From Myxococcales bacterium (GTDB taxonomy: Bacteria > Myxococcota_A > Polyangia > Polyangiales > DASUME01): a DNA stretch of 64,000 nucleotides. Positions 37,039 to 46,465 of this stretch are shown here, in pieces (position 1 is the first letter of the stretch; the number at the start of each line of letters is the position of its first letter). The notes below the pieces were generated by a model. That model saw only the letters and a list, made by a program, of their open reading frames with translations, made no database searches and was not told where the DNA came from. The position numbers were made by a program, and so were the translations under genes. The stretch lies in assembly GCA_047601445.1 (NCBI GenBank), contig JASGJH010000001.1:5120001-5184000 (forward strand), in the 5' to 3' direction.

Positions 37039-38607
37039 TCACCCCTGGGACTTACTCCCCGAGTTCGTATCCGTGCTGCCCATGGCGGATAGGTAGGTTC
37101 GCGCGAAGGCGCGCCCCAGGAACGCACGCTGGTAGCGATCGCCGTCGACGAGGCCCTCGTAGACGGCCACGAAGCGCCGCCACAGGCGCTGCTCGGGGCC
37201 ATCCCGGGAACTGATGCGCTTCCACAATCCAGGCGACGACTCGGACTGCTCGATCTCCGCCGGATCGATGCCTTCGGCCTCCGCGATGGCGGCCGGCGAC
37301 AAGGTCTCGAGCAACTCGCGTGCGCCGCCGAGGGTGGCCTTGAAGAGCGCGAACTCGTGCACCACCACCTCGCGCGCAACCTCCTCGAGCTCGCCCAGGC
37401 GCTCTTCCCAGTCTCCCTTGGGATTCAGCAGGTAAGCGAGCACCACGCGGCCATCGTCGCTGCGGATCACCGAAGCGCGCGGGGCGCGACCGAGCCAACG
37501 CGCGCGCACCGACTGCTGCGCGTCGTTGATCTCGGCGAAGGACTGCGAGAGCACCTCGAGCAGGGCCAGCACGCGCTGCAGCGTGAGCCCCGTGTCGAGG
37601 TGGAACTTGGGCGGCAAGATGCCCTCGGCGACCCCGCGCAGCCAGGCACTGATCTCCGGGATGTCGATCTTGCGCGGCTCGATGCCGTGGCGCTTGAGGA
37701 GCTCGCGGAACTCGGCCTCGTAGGCGATCTGCGGGTAGCGCCGCTGCATGTCGTCGGCGATGGCCTGGCGCGCCTCCGGGCCCGCGGCCTCGAGGGTAAC
37801 GCTGAGCCCTGCGAACAAGTGAGACCAGGCGCTGCGATAATTGGCGTAGTGCCACTCGGGATCGCCCGAGGTCTCGCGCCCTACGGGCGGCTGCGCCGAA
37901 CGGGCCGGCGCGGGCTCGCTCCGGGGCCTGGCCGCAGGGCTTTCGGAGGGGGACGAAGGCGGGGCCGTGGGCGCGGGCTCGCTGCGCGGGGACACACGGG
38001 CCTGCGTGCCGTCGCCCTGCAAGCCAATGATCCGCTGAGCCGAGATTTGAACACCCGGGGGCACCTGCTGCGGGGCCGCGGGGGTGCGGGCAGGCGCGGG
38101 CGCGGACGGCTTGGCCTGCGCGGGACTCGGGCTCGCTTCGGGTGTCGGCGCGGGGGCCTTGGCCGCTTGGGCAGCCTGGACAGCCGCCTGCACAGCTTGG
38201 AACGCCGCGCGATCGTCCGCGCCTAACCACATCGTCTTGGCGACCTCGGGCTGCGCCACCGCGGGCTTGTGCTTGCCCTTGCGCCGCACGTCCGCCTCCG
38301 GGACGGGCTCACGCGAGAAACGCAGGATCAGCCCACCGATGCGCAGCGGGACCTCCGCCGAGATCGTGAGCTCGTCGTGCGCCGCTGCCTCGCGATCGCC
38401 CACGAACGTCACGTTGGTGGAGCTCACGTTGCAGTAGGTGATGCCGCGGTCGTCGAAGCGTACGGTCCCTTGCCAGCGGGAGACGAAGGCTTCGGAGAGC
38501 TGCAGCTCGGCGAGTGGACTTCGTCCGATGCGGACGGGGGAGTCAGCGAACGCATAGCGCCGCTTCTGACCGGAAGCAGACTCGACGGTGACTACTAGCG
38601 GAAGCAC
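37039..38607 (-). CDS. tagH: T6SS-associated FHA-domain protein (Fha/TagH-like)
   Basis: VRIGRS...VSRWQG...SSTNVT FHA motifs, Pro-rich linker, C-terminal VVHEFALFKATLGGARELLETLSP...FLGRAFARTY; divergent from tssJ. Confidence 0.75.
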   Translation of the reverse strand: MLPLVVTVESASGQKRRYAFADSPVRIGRSPLAELQLSEAFVSRWQGTVRFDDRGITYCNVSSTNVTFVGDREAAAHDELTISAEVPLRIGGLILRFSREPVPEADVRRKGKHKPAVAQPEVAKTMWLGADDRAAFQAVQAAVQAAQAAKAPAPTPEASPSPAQAKPSAPAPARTPAAPQQVPPGVQISAQRIIGLQGDGTQARVSPRSEPAPTAPPSSPSESPAARPRSEPAPARSAQPPVGRETSGDPEWHYANYRSAWSHLFAGLSVTLEAAGPEARQAIADDMQRRYPQIAYEAEFRELLKRHGIEPRKIDIPEISAWLRGVAEGILPPKFHLDTGLTLQRVLALLEVLSQSFAEINDAQQSVRARWLGRAPRASVIRSDDGRVVLAYLLNPKGDWEERLGELEEVAREVVVHEFALFKATLGGARELLETLSPAAIAEAEGIDPAEIEQSESSPGLWKRISSRDGPEQRLWRRFVAVYEGLVDGDRYQRAFLGRAFARTYLSAMGSTDTNSGSKSQG

Positions 38608-38704
38608 GGAGTATTTCGCTCTTACTGCGTCACCCCAAACGAGGCAAGCACCGTGCGCCAGCACGCTTGAATCACCACCCCGAATCGGCAATGCTCGCCC
38701 GCCA

Positions 38705-39262
38705 ATGATGAGGAATTTCTGGGGGCGTCGGCTCGAGTATCCACTCGAGACCGGATGGCCGCTCGTATTCTTGGCGACACTCCTGTGCCTGGGTTGCGGC
38801 GGCAGCAAGCCGCCACCGCAGTGCGAGCGCCCCGAGATCGTGGAGCTCACGCTGGCACCCGAGCCCAGACTGAACCCGGATCGCGAGGGCAATCCGCGCT
38901 CCGTGGTGATCCGCGTCTTTCAGCTCAACGGCGCCGACGCCTTTTATCAAGGTAGCTTCCAAAGCCTGTGGGCGAGCGCCAACCCGAGCGGTCCCCTGCT
39001 CGCTGCGCCCGACGAGTACACGCTCATCCCCGGCAAGCAAGAAGTCTTGCGCATCGCTCGCCATCCCAAGGCGACCCACCTCGGCCTGGCGGCCAACTTC
39101 CGCGAGCAGGTGAGCGACAACTCCTGGCGCGTGGCCATCGAGCTGCCCGCTCCGCAAAACCCCTGTGAGAGCGAGGAAGAAGACCCCATCGCCGCCCACC
39201 CGGTGGTGCGCCTGATGGAGTACACGATGCGCCTCTGGCGCAGCCAAGGCGAGCAACCATGA
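38705..39262 (+). CDS. tssJ: T6SS outer-membrane lipoprotein
   Basis: Lipobox CLGC; LNPDREGNPRSVVIRVFQL, LGLAANFR, WR. Confidence 0.9.
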   Translation: MMRNFWGRRLEYPLETGWPLVFLATLLCLGCGGSKPPPQCERPEIVELTLAPEPRLNPDREGNPRSVVIRVFQLNGADAFYQGSFQSLWASANPSGPLLAAPDEYTLIPGKQEVLRIARHPKATHLGLAANFREQVSDNSWRVAIELPAPQNPCESEEEDPIAAHPVVRLMEYTMRLWRSQGEQP

Positions 39263-40086
39263 AGGCCCGAGCCAAGCGTCCTCGCCTCGAAGACTTCGAC
39301 GACCTGGGCGATCCCGCGCCCGAACCAGGCCCAGGCCCGGTCTCGCAGATCAACAAGCGCAAGGGCGTGGGCGGTGGCGATCCCGCGGTCGCTCAGCGTC
39401 TGCACGAAGCCGTGCGCCCGTGCCTCACCACGGTGCTGCAAATCCACAGCCTCAAGCGCGATCGCAAGCCGCCTCCCGAGACTGCGCAGCCTCACATGCG
39501 CCAGCTCCTGGCCACCACCATGAGCCGGCTCGAGGCGCTCAATCTGTCGCACGAGGAGCTGCAGGACCTGCGCTATGGGCTCGTGGCCTTCATCGACGAG
39601 TTCATGCAGGCCGATCCTGGGCGCCTGCGCGAGTTCTGGCAGGCCAACCTGCTGCAGCTCGAGTTCTTCGGGGAAACGCGCGCCGGTGAAGGCTTCTTCG
39701 AGCGCCTGGAGCACGCCAAGGCCGAGAACCGTCAGAGCGTGATGCGGGTCTACTACCTGTGCCTCTTGTTCGGCTTCCAAGGCATCTACGGCCAACACGG
39801 CGAGCTCGAGCGCGAGAACCTCATCGAGAGCCTCAAGGATGCGCTCGGTCAGCGCTCGCGCGTCTCCCCCACGCTCTCGCCCCACGGGGATCGCCCCGGT
39901 GAGGCCGGCGTGGACCGCACGCGCAACCGGCTGTTGCAGTGGTTGGCCGTGGCAGCCGCGAGCATGGCGGTCATCTGGTACTTCGGCCTCTTGTTCACCA
40001 TCGACGCGCAAGAACACACGCTCTCGGACGACCTCCAGGGGGCGTACGAAGACGTCAAAGCCGGCATCGTTTCGCCGGGTCGTTAG
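39259..40086 (+). CDS. tssL: T6SS DotU/TssL (no OmpA domain)
   Basis: YGLVAFIDE, LQLEFFGETRAGEGFF, VYYLCLLFGFQG, C-terminal TM. Confidence 0.93.
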   Translation: MKARAKRPRLEDFDDLGDPAPEPGPGPVSQINKRKGVGGGDPAVAQRLHEAVRPCLTTVLQIHSLKRDRKPPPETAQPHMRQLLATTMSRLEALNLSHEELQDLRYGLVAFIDEFMQADPGRLREFWQANLLQLEFFGETRAGEGFFERLEHAKAENRQSVMRVYYLCLLFGFQGIYGQHGELERENLIESLKDALGQRSRVSPTLSPHGDRPGEAGVDRTRNRLLQWLAVAAASMAVIWYFGLLFTIDAQEHTLSDDLQGAYEDVKAGIVSPGR

Positions 40087-40095
40087 GGGTAGGCG

Positions 40096-43000
40096 ATGCA
40101 AACTCGAATCCTCGCCATCGCGCTCTGCCTGCTGGGGCTGTGCTTCGTGGGCTTTGCGTGGTGGGTGTACTTCTCTTCCGGCGGACAGGTGCACTGGGGT
40201 ATCCCCACGCTGGCCACCGCGTTTCCCTTGGTGGTCACCTTGCTGGTGGTGCTCATTCCGCGCCTCTCAGCGCGGCAGGGAGCCGCCAACCTCGAGCGCG
40301 CCCTGTCGAACGAAGCGATGCGCGAGCAGCGCTCCAACAGCGCCCGGGCCCCCGAGATCGAGCGCCTGCGCAACGAGTTCGAGCGGGCCGTGGGCGCGCT
40401 CAAGAATTCCCGCCTCGCCAAGGGCCAGGGCTCGAGTCGCGACGCGCTCTATCGCCTACCCTGGTACACCATCATCGGTCCGCCCGCGAGCGGCAAGACC
40501 ACCGTGCTGCGCAACTCGGGGCTCAAGTTCCCGCACCTCACCGGCACGGGCGACCGCCTCAAGGGCGTGGGCGGCACGCGCAACTGCGACTGGTGGCTGA
40601 CCAACCACGCGGTGTTGCTCGACACGGCGGGCCGCTGGACCCTGGAAGAAGACGACCGCGGCGAATGGCTGGCCTTCCTGGACCTGCTCAAGCGCCACCG
40701 CGGGAAGCAGCCCCTCAACGGCGTCATCGCCGCCATCAGCATCGCGGGCGACGAAGAGACTTCGCTGGCCGGGGTCGACATCGAGGGCGTGAAGATGTTG
40801 GCCGGGCGCGTGCGCGAGCGGCTCGACGAGATCACGGGCCGGCTCGGCGTGGCACTGCCGGTGTACCTGATGTTCACAAAGTGCGACTTGATCAGCGGCT
40901 TCGTCGAGACCTTCGGTGAGATGACCCCGGCCGACCGACGCCAGATCTGGGGCTTCACGGCGCCACTTCTGCGCAACGACTCGGTCTCTGCGGGCACCTT
41001 CTTCAGCGACCAGTTCAAGACCCTGCAAGCCTCCGTGGAGCGCTACGCGCTGTCGCGCATGGCCCAGGAAGTACGGCCCGACGTCACCTCGCGCATCTTC
41101 GAGTTCCCCGCACAATTCGCGGCCATCGAGGACAAGCTCACGGCCTTCGTCGACGAGCTGTTCGAGGAGAGCGCCTACGGTGAGTCGCCCATTCTGCGCG
41201 GCGCCTATTTCACGAGCGGCACCCAGGAAGGTTCGCCTGCGGACTTCTTGCTCAGCGACATCGGGCGCGCGCTCAACATCCGTGCCCCCACCGACGAGAG
41301 CACGGGCGAGAAGAAGAGCTACTTCCTGCACGACATGTTGATGCGCGTGGTCTTCGAGGACCGCTCGCTCGCCTCCGCGAGCCAGGAGGAGATGCGCCGA
41401 CAGGCCAAGCAACAGCGGGTCTGGACCTCGGGCTTGTTCGGCTTCGCCACGCTGGTGGCCTGCCTGCCGACCTTGTCCTGCCACAACAACCTCGAGTCCC
41501 TGGAGCGCACGCGCACCACGCTGACCCAGTCGCAGGAGGACGTGGGCCTCGAAGGGAACTCCACCACGCCCCACAAGGTGGACCGTCTGCTCGAGCTGCA
41601 GGCCGAGGCAGCGCGCTACGAAGGCGGCCTGCCCTCGGTGGCATTCAGCTTCGGGCTCTACCAGGGCGATGACATCAAGACCCCGCTCCTGCGTTACTAC
41701 GACGTGGCCTTGCGCGAGTGGCTTGTGCGTCCGCTGCTCAACCGCAACAACGAGCGCCTGATCACCATCACCCAGCAGCTCGAGGCCCTGCGTGCGGAGG
41801 GCTCCCCCACGCGGCTGGGTGAGAAGGAGCAGCAAGAGCTACTCGACGCCCTGCAGCTCCACCTCTTGCTCACTACACCCCGCGAGGACTGCATTCCCAA
41901 GGCCCTGGCGCGCAAGGACTGGATCCTCGGCCGCACCCAGGATCTCTGGCAGCAGGCCCAGGAGGGCGACAAGGACGAGCAGGCCAAGCGGCGTCAGCTC
42001 CTCACGCGCTACATCGAGCGCTTCGCCGTGGCCCCCGAGGACCTCGCATTGAGCAAGGACCGGAGACACGTGGAGCTCGCGCGCGCGGCCCTGGGTTCCG
42101 ACGACAAGGTGGCGCAGCTGCTCAACGGTCTGATGCCTCGCTTCGCCAAGGACGACCGCGATCTCAACAGTTTGGTCGGCGCCACCACCACCCTCGAAGG
42201 CCGCAACAAGCTGCCCGGTGCGTTCACCGCCGACGCCTGGCGCCAGACCACCCGCGACGTGAACTCCACGCGCCTGTGGAACACCTCCGACGAGAACTGG
42301 GTGCTCGGTTGCGGGGCCAGCGACGCGCAGCAGCTCACCGCGGCCCAGCGCAGCTCCGAGTTCCAAATCGAGTTCCTCAAGCGCTACGAGGAAGCCTGGC
42401 GGCAGTTCCTCTCGGGCATCACTTCGCGTACGCCCAGCAACGCCACCGAAGCCGAGATCATGCTCAGCGAGATGGTGGGCCGCCCCGGCGCGCTGGGCAC
42501 GTTGTTCCAGCGCGTAAAGGAGAACACGGAGCTCCCGCCGGCGCCCGTGGAGGAGTCCGCCGTGGACCAGGTCCAGGGCGCGCTCGCCGACAAGCTCCCG
42601 GCCGGTGTGGCCGACAAGGCCAAGCAGCTCACGCACGGTCCGAAGCAGCGCAGTGCCCAGGCCGCCAACGACGCCGTGGAGCGCCTCAAGCGCAACTTCG
42701 CCGAGTTCACGGGCTTCGGTGTGTCTGGCCCCGAGGGGCTCGAGGTTCCGCTCGAGGCCTACCGCAAGCAAATCGAGCCCGTGCTCTCCGCACTCAAGGC
42801 CTACCGCAACGACGAGACCCAGCTGCCGGCGCTGACCACCGCCGTAGGCACGGCGCTCGAGAACGTGGAGCTCCTGCTGAGCCGCTTCCCGAGCACCTGG
42901 AACCCCATCTTCCGCGAGTTGCTCGTGCCGCCGTTGAGTGGCGTGGCGGCGATGGGCCAGCGTGACCGCGGCGAGCAGGTGCAAAAGCTGTGGTGTCAGA

Positions 43001-43740
43001 TGGTGTATCGGCCGTATCAGGAGGAGCTCGCGGGGCGCTTCCCGCTGCAGACCGACGCGAACACCCCTGCCACGCTGCAGGCCTTCGCGCGCTTCTTCCA
43101 GCCGGGCTCGGGCACGTTGTGGGCGTTCCAGAGCAGCCAGCTCGGTAGCAGCGTGGTGCTCGAAGGCGACCGCTTCCGCTTCGCTACCCAGGGCGGCGGC
43201 AGCGCGCGCGCGCTGTTCCGCGAGGAGCTGGTGACGTTTCTCAATCGCGCCAACGACGTGAAGGCTGCGTTCTTCCCGGCCAACGGAGCCGCCGTCCGCA
43301 TGCCCTTCCGCGTGCGCGTGCGCGGCGCCGCCGGCTACAGCGTCACGACCTTCTCCTTCAGCGGCAAGAACGTGCGCTACGACGCCGGCACCGAGAGCTG
43401 GGTCAACATGGAGTGGCCGGGCGATCAACCCTCGCTGGGCGCCAGCCTGACAGCGACCCCCTATCAGGGCCCCGCGCCGCGCCCGCTCAGCTTGGAGGGT
43501 GAGTGGGGCCTCTTCATGCTGCTCGATCCGCGCCTCGGGCACGGCCAAATCCTCGAGCGCAGCGACCGCCAGTTCACCGCGGGTTGGAAGCCCAAGGGCA
43601 GCCAAAACTGGATCAAAATCGACTTCGCCACCGACGACGGCCGCTCGCCGTTGCTCTCTGTCCCATTCGGAAGCGGTCCACGCAGCGTGCTGCCGCTGGC
43701 CATCCCGGCCCGCATCACCCACGCCGGCGGAGGCTGCTGA
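40096..43740 (+). CDS. tssM: T6SS membrane subunit IcmF/TssM
   Basis: LPWYTIIGPPASGKTT, GTRNCDWW, LDTAGR, PLNG, TKCDL, RGAYFTSGTQ, GEWGLF. Confidence 0.96.
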   Translation: MQTRILAIALCLLGLCFVGFAWWVYFSSGGQVHWGIPTLATAFPLVVTLLVVLIPRLSARQGAANLERALSNEAMREQRSNSARAPEIERLRNEFERAVGALKNSRLAKGQGSSRDALYRLPWYTIIGPPASGKTTVLRNSGLKFPHLTGTGDRLKGVGGTRNCDWWLTNHAVLLDTAGRWTLEEDDRGEWLAFLDLLKRHRGKQPLNGVIAAISIAGDEETSLAGVDIEGVKMLAGRVRERLDEITGRLGVALPVYLMFTKCDLISGFVETFGEMTPADRRQIWGFTAPLLRNDSVSAGTFFSDQFKTLQASVERYALSRMAQEVRPDVTSRIFEFPAQFAAIEDKLTAFVDELFEESAYGESPILRGAYFTSGTQEGSPADFLLSDIGRALNIRAPTDESTGEKKSYFLHDMLMRVVFEDRSLASASQEEMRRQAKQQRVWTSGLFGFATLVACLPTLSCHNNLESLERTRTTLTQSQEDVGLEGNSTTPHKVDRLLELQAEAARYEGGLPSVAFSFGLYQGDDIKTPLLRYYDVALREWLVRPLLNRNNERLITITQQLEALRAEGSPTRLGEKEQQELLDALQLHLLLTTPREDCIPKALARKDWILGRTQDLWQQAQEGDKDEQAKRRQLLTRYIERFAVAPEDLALSKDRRHVELARAALGSDDKVAQLLNGLMPRFAKDDRDLNSLVGATTTLEGRNKLPGAFTADAWRQTTRDVNSTRLWNTSDENWVLGCGASDAQQLTAAQRSSEFQIEFLKRYEEAWRQFLSGITSRTPSNATEAEIMLSEMVGRPGALGTLFQRVKENTELPPAPVEESAVDQVQGALADKLPAGVADKAKQLTHGPKQRSAQAANDAVERLKRNFAEFTGFGVSGPEGLEVPLEAYRKQIEPVLSALKAYRNDETQLPALTTAVGTALENVELLLSRFPSTWNPIFRELLVPPLSGVAAMGQRDRGEQVQKLWCQMVYRPYQEELAGRFPLQTDANTPATLQAFARFFQPGSGTLWAFQSSQLGSSVVLEGDRFRFATQGGGSARALFREELVTFLNRANDVKAAFFPANGAAVRMPFRVRVRGAAGYSVTTFSFSGKNVRYDAGTESWVNMEWPGDQPSLGASLTATPYQGPAPRPLSLEGEWGLFMLLDPRLGHGQILERSDRQFTAGWKPKGSQNWIKIDFATDDGRSPLLSVPFGSGPRSVLPLAIPARITHAGGGC

Positions 43741-43741
43741 G

Positions 43742-44740
43742 GTGCCCGCCGCGCTCACCCCGGCGTTGTTTGGCAAGCTCCCTTCCACCCTGGACTTCGT
43801 GCGGGTGAACCACACGAGCGAGGTCGGGGTGAGCTACGACCAGTGGACCGAGCGTTGTCTGCAGGAGCTCGCGCGCACAGGGGCGAGCTGGCCAAACCTC
43901 CCTCTGCGCTTCGTGCTTCCCGGGTCGTCCGGTGCTCAGGCCCTGGTCGGTGTGGTGTTGCCGAGCCGCGATCGGGCCGGGCGAAAGTTCCCCGTCACGC
44001 TCTATGCGGTGGTCCCGAGCACATCGATCACCCCAAGTCTCACTTCCCTGCCCCGCGGTTGGTCGAGCTTCTTCGAACAGGCCGAGCAGGCCCTGGCCGA
44101 TTCTTTCACCCTTAGGGGTGAAGAGCTCTTGGCTCGGGTGGCTTCGGTTGCGATACCTGGTCGCGATCAGCTCGAGGCTGCGCAGCGCGAGGAGCGCGCG
44201 CAGCGTTCTCCCGAGAGCTCAGCGGACGCACCGATCACCCCAACCTTACCCAACTCCATTCGCACGCAATTACAGTCCATTCTGCAGAAGATTCGGTCCG
44301 GACTCGAGGTCGGGTCCGCGCCGCGCGAGCGCGCGCCCGTGCTCGACTGCCCGGTCGCCGAAGCAAGCGACGTGAGCACCTGGTTCGCCCTCGCGGAGCG
44401 CCACCTGGCTGCCGCGCGAACGCTGCCCTGGTGCTTTTGGTCGTTGCCACAGGCAGAGCGTGAGGGGCGCATGTTGATGGGACTCGGCGCGCCGCCCCCT
44501 GTGGTTCCGGTCTGGTTTTCCAGCACACGCACCACCAGCGAGCGCTTGTGGACACTCAAGCTCGCGCAGGAACTGGAAGATCACACGGCATTCGAGTCAG
44601 CATCCGAGTCCGCCTTGGAACAAGCCGGCGAGCCCGCTGGCAGCGAACTCGCGACGCCTCACGAAGCCACACTCGCGCAACGCTTGTGGAGCGCTGCGAC
44701 ACAGCACGCACAGCCTGCGACCGAACGTCATTCGGGATGA
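43742..44740 (+). CDS. tagF: T6SS accessory protein TagF (ImpM)
   Basis: FGKLPSTLDFV and GVVLPSRDRAGRKFP motifs; follows tssM. Confidence 0.85.
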   Translation: MPAALTPALFGKLPSTLDFVRVNHTSEVGVSYDQWTERCLQELARTGASWPNLPLRFVLPGSSGAQALVGVVLPSRDRAGRKFPVTLYAVVPSTSITPSLTSLPRGWSSFFEQAEQALADSFTLRGEELLARVASVAIPGRDQLEAAQREERAQRSPESSADAPITPTLPNSIRTQLQSILQKIRSGLEVGSAPRERAPVLDCPVAEASDVSTWFALAERHLAAARTLPWCFWSLPQAEREGRMLMGLGAPPPVVPVWFSSTRTTSERLWTLKLAQELEDHTAFESASESALEQAGEPAGSELATPHEATLAQRLWSAATQHAQPATERHSG

Positions 44741-44824
44741 GCGATCGTTGACAGGTGAACCCCGCAACGGCTATCGACAACCCTGGTAGCTGACTCAGAA
44801 AACGGACACTCCAGCCCTCAGGTT

Positions 44825-45877
44825 TTGCACGTGCCTCCCTTCGATGCCGCCCCCTATCTCGCTCCCCCCGCAGGTCCCGGACCGTGTGGACGGGACATCG
44901 AGGTCACCGGCGAACTCAACGCGCTCGCCGACTCTGCCAAGGAGCCCGAGGAACCCGGCATCAAGGGCCAAGTCGCGAAGGACGAGCGCAACTGGCGTGA
45001 CATCCGCAATCGCGCGCAGGAGTTGCTCAAGACCTCCACGCACCTCCGCGTCGCCGGCTACCTGGCGCGCTCGCTCATCCATACCGACGGCCTGGTGCAC
45101 TTCTGCGGCTGCGTGGCGATGATCGCGCAGCTCGTCGAGCAACACTGGGAGCATCTCTATCCGCCGCTCGACTTCGACGGTGACGCCATCGAGCGCATCA
45201 ACATCCTCAAGGAGCTCGGCAGCGAAGAGACCCTCAACGACCTTCGCTACGCGCCCATCCTCAGCGTCAAGGGCCTGGGCTCCTTCGGTATCGGCGACCT
45301 CATGGTGGCCAAAGGCATGACGCCCGCGCGCGCGGGCACGAACCCGCCGAGCCCACAGGTGGTGCTCGCAGCGCTCGAGAACGCTCCGGTGGAGGAGCTC
45401 AAGCCCATCCTCGAGGCCGCGCAGCAAGCGTCGCAGGCATTGCAGAAGATCGCCGGCCTCATCAGCGCCAAGACGAACCAACCCTTCGTGATCGCCAAGC
45501 TGAGCGAGCTGCTCAAGCGATTCGAGGATTTCCTCGCGCCTCAAGTGGCCAAGCCCAGCGCCGTGCAGCCGGCGCCCGCAACAGCTGGTGCTCCGGCGGC
45601 CCCGGGCGCGGGACCTGCAGCCGCGGCCACGCCGGCAGAGCCGCCCCGCCCCGCCGTACCGGCAGGAGAAATCCAGACACGCCAGGAAGTCGCCCAGATG
45701 ATCGACAAGATCATCCGCTACTACGAGCGCAACGAACCTTCGAGCCCGGTGCCGCTCATCCTGCAGCGCGCCAAGCGCCTGACGGCGATGAACTTCATGG
45801 AGATCATGCGCGACCTGGCCGACAAGGGACTTCCCCAGATCGAAGCCGTCACGGGCAAAGAGAACGCAAAGGCCTAA
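44825..45877 (+). CDS. tssA: T6SS TssA (ImpA_N, short type)
   Basis: LRVAGYL...WEHLYPPLD...ERINIL; C-terminal YYERNEPSSPVPLILQRAKRL. Confidence 0.92.
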   Translation: MHVPPFDAAPYLAPPAGPGPCGRDIEVTGELNALADSAKEPEEPGIKGQVAKDERNWRDIRNRAQELLKTSTHLRVAGYLARSLIHTDGLVHFCGCVAMIAQLVEQHWEHLYPPLDFDGDAIERINILKELGSEETLNDLRYAPILSVKGLGSFGIGDLMVAKGMTPARAGTNPPSPQVVLAALENAPVEELKPILEAAQQASQALQKIAGLISAKTNQPFVIAKLSELLKRFEDFLAPQVAKPSAVQPAPATAGAPAAPGAGPAAAATPAEPPRPAVPAGEIQTRQEVAQMIDKIIRYYERNEPSSPVPLILQRAKRLTAMNFMEIMRDLADKGLPQIEAVTGKENAKA

Positions 45878-45940
45878 CCAGCCGAGATTTATGGGCGTCG
45901 GCAAGGGGGCCGGCGCTCAGAACGAGTTCGAGGAGGCAGT

Positions 45941-46462
45941 ATGTCAACCAGCTCTCAGAAATTCATCCAGCGTAACCGCGCTCCACGCGTGCAAATCGAG
46001 TACGAAGTCGAGCTCTACGGCGCCGAGAAAAAGGTTCAGCTGCCCTTCGTCATGGGAGTCATGGCCGATCTCTACGGCAAGCCCGAGAATCCGCCGCCCA
46101 AGGTCGACGAGCGCAAGTTCCTCGACGTCAACATCGACAACTTCGACGACCGCCTCAAGGCCATGAAGCCGCGCGTCGCGATGCAGGTGAAAAATACGCT
46201 CACCGGCGAGGGCTCGCTGCCCGTAGCCATCACCTTCCAGAGCATGGAGGACTTCTCGCCCGCGGCCATCGCCAACAAGGTGGAGCCTCTCAAGAAGCTG
46301 CTCGAGGCGCGTCAGCAGCTCTCCAACCTGCTCACGTACATGGACGGCAAGGGTGCCGCCGAAGAGTTGATCGCGCACAAGCTGAAGAACCTTGGTGAGT
46401 TCAAGTCACTGGTCGAGACGCTCGGCCTGGCTCCCAAGGACAAGGTCGAGGAGGGAGTCTGA
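45941..46462 (+). CDS. tssB: T6SS contractile sheath small subunit
   Basis: RNRAPRVQIEYEVELYGAEKKVQLPFVMGVMADL, SMEDFSPA. Confidence 0.97.
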   Translation: MSTSSQKFIQRNRAPRVQIEYEVELYGAEKKVQLPFVMGVMADLYGKPENPPPKVDERKFLDVNIDNFDDRLKAMKPRVAMQVKNTLTGEGSLPVAITFQSMEDFSPAAIANKVEPLKKLLEARQQLSNLLTYMDGKGAAEELIAHKLKNLGEFKSLVETLGLAPKDKVEEGV

Positions 46463-46465
46463 GCC

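Noticed and set aside
38643..38661. Minus-strand TGGCGCACGGTGCTTGC upstream of fha as a sigma54 promoter
   Set aside because: The position 10 nt before the GC is CG rather than the invariant GG.
41839..43815. Long antisense ORFs (e.g. 41839-43815, 46475-48430, 50055-51842, 52804-54405)
   Set aside because: Shadow ORFs expected opposite real genes in high-GC DNA; they carry no recognisable motifs.
44748..44777. TTGACA-N18-TATCGA sigma70 promoter before tssA
   Set aside because: The -10 lacks the conserved final T and the spacing is suboptimal; not called as a feature.
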